This document shows positions 9,101-15,255 of a stretch of 27,977 nt of DNA, in pieces; position 1 is the stretch's first letter; each line of letters begins with the position of its first letter. The position numbers and the translations under genes were made by a program. The DNA is taken from positions 1-27,977 of the IMG/VR virus record IMGVR_UViG_3300038530_000371; one strand, given 5' to 3'. Origin of the DNA: a virus (taxonomy: Duplodnaviria; Caudoviricetes). The notes below the pieces were generated by a model. The model made no database searches and was not told the origin of the DNA. It worked only from the letters and a program-made list of their open reading frames with translations.

Positions 9101-10833
9101 GAGCAACCACTACAGGTAATAGCAATACTGCTGTTGGTGAAGATTGCTTACAAGCTAATACAACCGCAAGTAACAATACTGCCGTTGGTAGAAGAGCTAT
9201 GTTTTCTAATACGACAGGTACTGATAATGTTGCTATGGGACATAATGCTCTTGATGCAAATACTACAGCTAACAATAACACAGCTATAGGACATGACGCT
9301 TTAACAGAAAACACTACAGGTGCTCAAAATACAGCTATTGGTAGTTTAGCTTTAGATGCAAACACAACAGCTGGAAACAATACAGCAGTTGGATATAGTA
9401 CTTTAAGTGCTAACAATACAGGTACTTCTAATGTTGCAATGGGTTCATTTGCTTTATTATCAAATACTACAGGTGACGAAAATACTGCTTTAGGTCAAAA
9501 TTCATTAGATGCGAATACTACAGCTAACGCTAACACAGCTGTAGGCTTTAACGCTTTAACAGAAAACACTACAGGTGCTAACAATACAGGAGTCGGTAGA
9601 ACTGCTTTATCATCATCTACCACAGGTAGTTCTAATACGGCTTTAGGTAAGGATGCTTTAGCCACAAATACTACGGCAGATAATAATACAGCAGTCGGAA
9701 GATCTGCTTTAGTATCAAACAGTACCGGAGCTAACAATACAGCAGTAGGAATGAACGCTTTAGACGCTAATACTTCAGCAGATAACAATACAGCAGTTGG
9801 TAAATCTGCCCTAACAGAAAACACTACAGGCACAAGAAACACATCAGTTGGTGCTTTATGTATGGACGCTAATACAACAGCTAACGACAACACAGCTGTT
9901 GGATATGATGCTATGGGTCAGAATACTACTGGTGAAAAGAATACAGCACTTGGTACTTATGCTTTTGATGCTAATACGACAGGAAGTTCTAATGTTGCTG
10001 TAGGTAGAGCTGCATTAAGTGCTAACACTACAGCAGACCACAATACTGCTATAGGTTTTCAAGCTATGGATGTAAACACTACAGGTGCACAAAATACAGC
10101 AGTTGGTTCAGGTGCTTTAGATGCTTGTACTACAGCAGATGCTAATACAGCTGTAGGGTATTTGGCAGCAACAGCACTTACTACAGGTGCACAAAATACA
10201 GCTATAGGTATGGCTGCAGCAGAAGTTTTAACCGAAGGTAGCGACAATATAGTTATAGGGCATGATGCTGCTGATAATTTAACTACTGGTGGACAAAATA
10301 TTGCTATCGGAGTTGATACATCTTTATCAGCTGCAAGTGGCGATAATCAAATAGTTATGGGTCAGAATGTTACCTGTACAGGAAATGATAATTTTACATT
10401 TGGTAATGGTACTACTGATTCTAATATTGCTTTTGGTGCAACTTCTATTACAGCACCATCAGATGTAAGACTAAAAGAAGATATACAAGACGAAGAAGTA
10501 GGTTTAGATTTTGTAAATGATTTAAGACCTGTAACTTTCCTTTGGAAAAAAGAAAAAGATATACCTTCTGATATGAAAGCTTTTAAAGAGGATTCAGAAG
10601 CAAGAACTATGAATGGTAAATATAATCATGGTTTTATAGCACAAGAAGTTAAAGAAGTGATTGATAATCATAATTTAAAAGAAGGCTTTGATATGTGGTC
10701 AGAAGATGAAGCAGATGGAAGGCAAAGAATTGCACCATCAGCTATGATGTCTATAATGGTCAAAGCAGTACAAGAACTGTCTACCCAGGTAGATGAATTA
10801 AAAGCCGAAATACAAACCTTAAAGGAGGATTAA
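6121..10833 (+). CDS. Long tail fibre/receptor-binding protein with C-terminal intramolecular chaperone (peptidase S74)
   Basis: N-terminal anchor (ATGDESGTWGASTNTNLELI), long N-T-T-G-x-x-N-T-A-V-G-x-x-A-L repeat array, then SDVRLKEDI...LRPVTFLWK...GFIAQEV...VKAVQELS and a coiled coil. Confidence 0.9.
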   Translation: MATYVNDLRLKEIATGDESGTWGASTNTNLELIAEAFSFGTEAITTNADTHTTTIADGSTDPGRSIYLKYTGTLDSACTITIGPNTVSKLWFIENGTSGSQNIIISQGSGANVTIPAGHVKAVYSDGAGSGAAMVDAFTDLNLAGTTTVDVLSGSGNATIGGTLGVTGIVTLTDDLIIGDGKTIGSASDVDAMTIASNGQVTFSQTLIGTALDISGDIDVDGTSNLDVVDIDGAVDMASTLAVGGVVTANAGVVVDNITIDGTEIDLSSGDLTIDVAGDIILDAGGGDFDFLVGGTEVGSIIRDGSNLQLKSSISDGSMIFRGNDGGSIISALTLDMSNAGAATFNSTINGVGILADATNFVDSILISQDAGTGTLSSASHNVGIGDDVFNVLTSGINNTAIGADAFSSLTTGQQNTALGKSAGDALTTGSFNVFIGDAAGDAVTTADSNVAIGQNALTNTTTGATNTALGRQALQANTTASDNTAVGNQALLNNTTGGFNTAVGARSLDANTTGAGNVAVGEDSLSGNTEGDDNVAIGQNALKSSTTGIRLTAIGQNALTANTTGDSNVAIGRSALGSNTTADDNVAIGREALFANTTGADNVAIGNFALDANTTASSNTAVGRSALGANTTGNFNVALGALALDANTVGDRNVAVGYNALTTYNPSSNEDSYHVAVGHAAMESVTTGNKNTAVGGLALQSTTTGIDNVGIGYAALNANTTASNNTAVGNKALLSNTTGTANTAVGSLALDANTTGDRNTSIGYLSLGANTTADNNTALGYGALNVNTTGDDNTGLGSGALVANTTGNDNTAVGRSALAANTVGELNVAVGMNALSTNVDGSRSTAVGYAALAAQEPSSASNVNNVAVGFHALNATTTGVENTSLGSESLEANTTGSFNTAAGYRALEANTSGDENTGVGRESLLSNTTGDNNVAVGQSALQQNTTASNNTAVGYDSLKANTTGDLNTAVGALSLDACTTGANNTSVGHDALGATTTGNSNTAVGEDCLQANTTASNNTAVGRRAMFSNTTGTDNVAMGHNALDANTTANNNTAIGHDALTENTTGAQNTAIGSLALDANTTAGNNTAVGYSTLSANNTGTSNVAMGSFALLSNTTGDENTALGQNSLDANTTANANTAVGFNALTENTTGANNTGVGRTALSSSTTGSSNTALGKDALATNTTADNNTAVGRSALVSNSTGANNTAVGMNALDANTSADNNTAVGKSALTENTTGTRNTSVGALCMDANTTANDNTAVGYDAMGQNTTGEKNTALGTYAFDANTTGSSNVAVGRAALSANTTADHNTAIGFQAMDVNTTGAQNTAVGSGALDACTTADANTAVGYLAATALTTGAQNTAIGMAAAEVLTEGSDNIVIGHDAADNLTTGGQNIAIGVDTSLSAASGDNQIVMGQNVTCTGNDNFTFGNGTTDSNIAFGATSITAPSDVRLKEDIQDEEVGLDFVNDLRPVTFLWKKEKDIPSDMKAFKEDSEARTMNGKYNHGFIAQEVKEVIDNHNLKEGFDMWSEDEADGRQRIAPSAMMSIMVKAVQELSTQVDELKAEIQTLKED
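7261..10320 (+). repeat. About 60 degenerate 51-nt (17-aa) coding tandem repeats in the tail fibre
   Basis: Units such as ANTTASDNTAVGNQALL and NNTTGGFNTAVGARSLD; count estimated as length divided by 51. Confidence 0.9.
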
Positions 10834-10834
10834 T

Positions 10835-11119
10835 ATGGCAACAGTAACAGAAGTATTAGATGCAGCATTAGATAGCGTTGCGTTAATCGACAGTATAGAT
10901 GCAGATGCGTCTAGCGTACCAGCCTGTGAGGGACTATCGCAGTCTGAAATAAACGCTTTAGTACAAAGAAACGTAGATCATTTAGAAATCATTTTATTGT
11001 ATGAACCAGTTGATAGTGATGATGACACACCTAATGTTAAAGGTTCATCTAGTAGTAAAAAAACTAATTGCACTAATGCAATTACTAAAGGAAAAGCGTA
11101 TATTAGTTCAAATAGTTAA
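10835..11119 (+). CDS. Hypothetical protein, possibly fibre-associated
   Basis: AGGAGG RBS; lies directly after the fibre gene. Confidence 0.7.
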   Translation: MATVTEVLDAALDSVALIDSIDADASSVPACEGLSQSEINALVQRNVDHLEIILLYEPVDSDDDTPNVKGSSSSKKTNCTNAITKGKAYISSNS

Positions 11120-11141
11120 TTTTTTTTAAAAGGGGATAAAT

Positions 11142-11411
11142 ATGGTTAAAAAAGAAAAAGAAGTCGATAAAGGCCCAGTAGTTTCTGTAGATGGTACAGA
11201 AATGTATGTTAGGGATCTTAATGAAAATCAAAGATATTTATATCATCAAATGGAAGATTTGAGCCGCAAACAATATACGGCACAAAGCGAACTAGACCAA
11301 ATAAATGCAGCTTTGAGTGTTTTTAAAAATGCTTTTATAAATTCTACAAAAGAGCAGGCAGATGAAGTATTACAGGAGAGCGATAATGAAGTGGATGCGA
11401 AAGTTAGTTAA
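11142..11411 (+). CDS. Hypothetical coiled-coil protein
   Basis: AGGGG RBS; VSVDGTEMYVRDL followed by a helical heptad region. Confidence 0.7.
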   Translation: MVKKEKEVDKGPVVSVDGTEMYVRDLNENQRYLYHQMEDLSRKQYTAQSELDQINAALSVFKNAFINSTKEQADEVLQESDNEVDAKVS

Positions 11412-11544
11412 TTTTGTTACAAATTCAGAAGATGTAGTTGTAAGAACTCGTGATGACAAAGGTAGATACGTTGGTGACGATAAATCTACTCCTGATGTAA
11501 ATGAGGCTTACACAACTAAAAGAGTAAAGAAAAGTAAAAAATAA
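11386..11544 (+). CDS. Small hypothetical protein (52 aa)
   Basis: AGGAG at 11374-11378 supports ATG 11386 over 11362; RDDKGRYVGDDKSTPDVNEAY motif; TAATG coupling to the next gene. Confidence 0.65.
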   Translation: MKWMRKLVNFVTNSEDVVVRTRDDKGRYVGDDKSTPDVNEAYTTKRVKKSKK

Positions 11545-11924
11545 TGGCTGATGCACCAGATGCATTTGTCTATAATGCAACTCTTGAAAGAATAGTAGAT
11601 GGTGATACTTTTGATTGTAGCTTAGATCTTGGTTTTGATGTAAAGCTACACAAACAAAGAGTTCGCCTTGCTCAAATTGACACACCAGAATCACGCACAA
11701 GAGATCTTGCAGAAAAGAAACTTGGTTTAGCTGCAAAAGCTAGGCTTGCAGAGTTATGTGCCGGTAAAATCAAAGTAAAATCTTTAGGTAAAGGTAAGTA
11801 TGGCCGTATTTTAGGTATACCGTATACAGAAGATGGTAAAGACATTTGTCAAATACTTATAGATGAGGGTCACGCAGTTTTTTATGATGGCGGTAAGAAA
11901 ACTAAGATTTGGGGTGATTACTAA
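11544..11924 (+). CDS. Thermonuclease (SNase-like) family protein
   Basis: RIVDGDTF, RVRLAQIDTPES and GKYGRILG motifs; no signal peptide. Confidence 0.9.
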   Translation: MADAPDAFVYNATLERIVDGDTFDCSLDLGFDVKLHKQRVRLAQIDTPESRTRDLAEKKLGLAAKARLAELCAGKIKVKSLGKGKYGRILGIPYTEDGKDICQILIDEGHAVFYDGGKKTKIWGDY

Positions 11925-11927
11925 ACT

Positions 11928-12278
11928 GTGGAATCTGCTGTAACCGTCATCCAAGAAGTTGGTTTTCCTATAGCAGCAGCTTTAGGCCTTGGTTGGTTTA
12001 TTTACAAACTTATTATGCGTATTGTTGATGGTATGGAAACAAAACTTGATACCGTTGATGAAAAAGTAGAAGGTCAAATTGCTGCTATTGAAGAAAGATT
12101 AGGCACAAAACTTGATAGCCAGCACGGTATTTTAGTAGCATTAATAGATAGAATTAGAAGCCTTGATAATGAGATTATTAGACAAGACACACTAATAAAA
12201 ACTATACTAGGAGTGCCACAATTAATTGATAGCAATAAGATTGCTAAGGCTGATAGAGATGACCAAAGGAAAGATTAA
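11928..12278 (+). CDS. Membrane-anchored coiled-coil protein (YvrJ/holin-like N-terminus)
   Basis: GTG start; one TM segment VGFPIAAALGLGWFIY followed by heptads; overlaps csgF. Confidence 0.6.
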   Translation: MESAVTVIQEVGFPIAAALGLGWFIYKLIMRIVDGMETKLDTVDEKVEGQIAAIEERLGTKLDSQHGILVALIDRIRSLDNEIIRQDTLIKTILGVPQLIDSNKIAKADRDDQRKD

Positions 12279-12747
12279 GCTACCATTACACTACAAAATA
12301 ATTTTTATTTGGGCTGTAGTTTTATTTGTTGGTATTCTTTGCGTAAACATCCAAGCAGATACCATAACCTTTAAATTTAAAAATCCAAGTTTTAGTGGGG
12401 TAAATACTAGCTCACATTATCTTACTATAGAAAATCAAGAACACATGCGTAAGATGACTATTAAAGAAGAAATTAAAGCCTTACAAGACGAATTAGAAAG
12501 AGATGCAGAAAACACTACATTAGCAAGATTTTTAAGGAATTTAGAAAGTAGAATATACGCACAAATATCAAGACAGATAGTTGAAAACATGTTTGGGGAA
12601 ACACAATCGACTGAAGGATCGTTTGAGCTTGAGGGCAACATAATATCTTACAAGATTGAAGATGGCATGATAATACTAACAATTTTTAACTCAAATGATG
12701 GAACAACGACTGTTATTGAATTGCCTTTTGGCGATTTCAGTTTCTAG
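12259..12747 (+). CDS. csgF: Curli assembly component CsgF-like
   Basis: Signal peptide ending IQA, then DTITFKFKNPSFSG, matching the CsgF mature N-terminus (E. coli GTMTFQFRNPNFGG); FLRNLESRIYAQISRQI helix; adjacent to csgG. Start is 12259 or 12226. Confidence 0.85.
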   Translation: MTKGKIKLPLHYKIIFIWAVVLFVGILCVNIQADTITFKFKNPSFSGVNTSSHYLTIENQEHMRKMTIKEEIKALQDELERDAENTTLARFLRNLESRIYAQISRQIVENMFGETQSTEGSFELEGNIISYKIEDGMIILTIFNSNDGTTTVIELPFGDFSF

Positions 12748-13516
12748 CTGTAGTCTTTTAGACGTAGTACAAGAAACTAATCCTAAGACATTTAATCTTG
12801 AAGGCAGAGAATCTTTTAGCATTTATCAACTACAATCTTCAGAATTAGCAAACGTAAAACCACCGGTAGTCAAGCCTGTTGTTGCTGTTTATCCAAATTC
12901 TTTCTTAGACCAAACCGGACAAAGAAAAAGTAACAGTGAATTTGCTTTGTTTTCATCTGCTATAACTCAAGCACCCAATACAATATTAATACGATCTTTA
13001 AAACACGCAGCTGGCGGTAATTTTTTTCGTGTAGTAGAAAGAGTTGGTTTAGATAATCTAACAAAAGAAAGACAACTAATAAGATCTACAAGAGAAAAAT
13101 TAGGTGAAGAACAAAGCCTAGGCCCACTCCTATTTGCTGGTGTCTTGCTAGAAGGTGCTGTTGTATCGTATGATAGTAATATAGCTACGGGAGGTATTGG
13201 AGCAAGATACCTTGGTATAGGCTCTAGTATGCAATACCGAGAGGACAGCGTAACCGTTAGTCTCAGAATGGTGTCTGTAGCAACAGGCGAAATACTTATA
13301 GAGGTAATGTCGCAAAAAACTATCTATAGTTATGGCCAATCGCAAGATGTTTTCAAATTTATAGAAATGGGAACAGAATTGGTAGAAATAGAAACGGGAG
13401 CCACCCGCAACGAAAGCACAACCCTAGCTTTAATGAAAGCTATCGAAGGTGCAGTTTTAGAAATAATAAATATAGGAAATACACGAGGGTATTGGAAATA
13501 TGAAGAAACTAATTAA
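12695..13516 (+). CDS. csgG: Curli secretion pore lipoprotein CsgG
   Basis: Lipoprotein signal ending VSS-C19; FLDQTGQRK, FRVVERVGLDNLTKERQLIR, EGAVVSYDSN, GGIGARYLGIG and VTVSLRMVSVATGEIL motifs. Confidence 0.92.
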   Translation: MMEQRLLLNCLLAISVSSCSLLDVVQETNPKTFNLEGRESFSIYQLQSSELANVKPPVVKPVVAVYPNSFLDQTGQRKSNSEFALFSSAITQAPNTILIRSLKHAAGGNFFRVVERVGLDNLTKERQLIRSTREKLGEEQSLGPLLFAGVLLEGAVVSYDSNIATGGIGARYLGIGSSMQYREDSVTVSLRMVSVATGEILIEVMSQKTIYSYGQSQDVFKFIEMGTELVEIETGATRNESTTLALMKAIEGAVLEIINIGNTRGYWKYEETN

Positions 13517-14225
13517 TATTGTTTTATTTATGTCTCTATCTATAGTTGCAGATAATGAAATTTATGTAGACCAAACTGGTAACTCAGCTGCTATAGATTT
13601 AGAGCAGCAAGGCGGTTCTAACCTTATTGGTGGTACATCAGCAGAAACAGGTAGCATGACGGCTCTAGATCTAGATGGTGTGTCAATGATACTTGACATC
13701 AATCAGATTGGTGCATCAAACGTATTTAGATCAGATGCTATAGATGGTGATAACTTTACTGGATTCTTTGAGTTTTCAGGCGATAGTAACGTTTTTGATA
13801 TCTTAATGGATAGCACAGGTCTTATAGACTCTGATTACATTAATATGAATATAAATGTTACAGGATCAAGCAACACGTTTGATTTAGCGGTTGCAGAAGA
13901 TGATGACGCATCATATTTAGATTTAGATTGGATTATTACTGGGGGCAGTAATGAGTTTGATTTTGATATAGATTATGCAAATGCGATAAACTATGTAGAT
14001 GTTAATGGAAGCAGTAACACAATTAATTTCAGCGGTAGTGGATATGGTGGCACAACATCAGCTGATAGTGGATATTTTTACTTGGATTTAGATGGTAGTT
14101 CAAACACACTCGATATTACGCAATCTTCAACGCTTGCAAGGGATTATCTCAAAATTATTAGTAATACTTCTAATTCAAATATCTGTGTGGTCCAAAACGA
14201 CCAAGGTACAAGCACAAGCTGTTGA
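13500..14225 (+). CDS. Secreted acidic curlin-like beta-repeat protein
   Basis: Sec signal; NEIYVDQTG, IDLEQQGGSN and LDINQIGASN curlin-type strands; seven G-x-S-N turns; GAGGG upstream; follows csgG. Confidence 0.7.
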   Translation: MKKLINIVLFMSLSIVADNEIYVDQTGNSAAIDLEQQGGSNLIGGTSAETGSMTALDLDGVSMILDINQIGASNVFRSDAIDGDNFTGFFEFSGDSNVFDILMDSTGLIDSDYINMNINVTGSSNTFDLAVAEDDDASYLDLDWIITGGSNEFDFDIDYANAINYVDVNGSSNTINFSGSGYGGTTSADSGYFYLDLDGSSNTLDITQSSTLARDYLKIISNTSNSNICVVQNDQGTSTSC

Positions 14226-15255
14226 TATAGGGGACATATCTGAGTTATCTGGTTCTGCTAGTGTTGTAAGGGATCAGCTTTATAACGCTACAGTAAATTT
14301 TGGTATACAAACAAATGATGAGGCTATTACCAATAATGGCCGTATGGCTATTAAGTTTTTAGATGATAGTCAAGTAAAGCTTACAGAACACTCCCAGCTT
14401 TTAATAAACGAATACATTTTTGATCCTGATCCAGATAAATCAAAAATGGCCCTTACCTTTGCGTTAGGAACTACTAGATTCATTACCGGTAATCTAAACC
14501 GTATTAACAAACAAAACATATCTTTACAAACTCCAACTGCAAATATAGCTATACGTGGTACTGACTTTACAGCAACCGTTAATGAGTTAGGTGAGTCATT
14601 AATTATATTACTGCCAGATGAATACGGTATATCAAGCGGGGAGATAGAAGTTATTACTGCAACCGGAAGTGTCATACTTAACAAACCGTTTGAAGCTACA
14701 ACAGTAAATGTTTTTGAAAGCGCTCCATCAAAACCAGTAATCCTAGATTTAACCTTAGATTTAATTGATAACATGCTTATAGTTTCACCACCAGAGGAAG
14801 TGGTTGTAGAAGCAGAAGAGGTGATAGTAAAGTCGGATAGTATTTTAGATTTTAATGATTTAGATATTGATTATTTGGATGAGGATTTTTTAGATAACGA
14901 AGCTGAACTAGAGTTTACAGAGTTAGATATAAACTATCTAGATGTAAATTTTTTGGAGGATTTATTAGATGTTTTGGATGCTCTTGAGGTAGCAGAGGAG
15001 GAAGATCAACTATCACAAGATATAGGATCAATTAGTCTTACAGGTACGCAGTTTGGACAAGACCCAGACACACAAATAATATCTTTTATAGATGGTGAAA
15101 AGCTTACCCTTATAAGAGCTGTAAACAACAGCGCAAGAGTAGATTTAGACACTAACGGTAGTTATACTGTAATCTTTATACAAGATGGTGTTTCTAAAAC
15201 TATCAAAGTAAACGGAGGCAGTAGTAGTATTATTACTATTAGACAAAGCCAGTGA
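14092..15255 (+). CDS. Exported FecR-domain protein with acidic linker
   Basis: Hydrophobic leader ending AQA; GRMAIKFLDDSQVKLTEHSQLLI, GTTRFITG and LQTPTANIAIRGTDF FecR motifs. Start uncertain (ATG 14092 or TTG 14134). Confidence 0.85.
   Translation: MVVQTHSILRNLQRLQGIISKLLVILLIQISVWSKTTKVQAQAVDIGDISELSGSASVVRDQLYNATVNFGIQTNDEAITNNGRMAIKFLDDSQVKLTEHSQLLINEYIFDPDPDKSKMALTFALGTTRFITGNLNRINKQNISLQTPTANIAIRGTDFTATVNELGESLIILLPDEYGISSGEIEVITATGSVILNKPFEATTVNVFESAPSKPVILDLTLDLIDNMLIVSPPEEVVVEAEEVIVKSDSILDFNDLDIDYLDEDFLDNEAELEFTELDINYLDVNFLEDLLDVLDALEVAEEEDQLSQDIGSISLTGTQFGQDPDTQIISFIDGEKLTLIRAVNNSARVDLDTNGSYTVIFIQDGVSKTIKVNGGSSSIITIRQSQ

Noticed and set aside
7261-10320. 51-nt periodic repeats as a CRISPR array or diversity-generating retroelement
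   Set aside because: The repeats are in-frame, degenerate at synonymous positions and lack unique spacers. No cas or reverse transcriptase gene and no adenine-specific TR/VR pair was seen.
6121-10833. Bacterial trimeric autotransporter adhesin (YadA-like)
   Set aside because: No signal peptide or C-terminal beta-barrel anchor; it has a phage N-terminal anchor and an S74 chaperone.
14092-15255. Classical FecIRA iron-citrate regulator
   Set aside because: No ECF sigma factor or TonB-dependent receptor nearby, and no evident cytoplasmic anti-sigma N-terminus.
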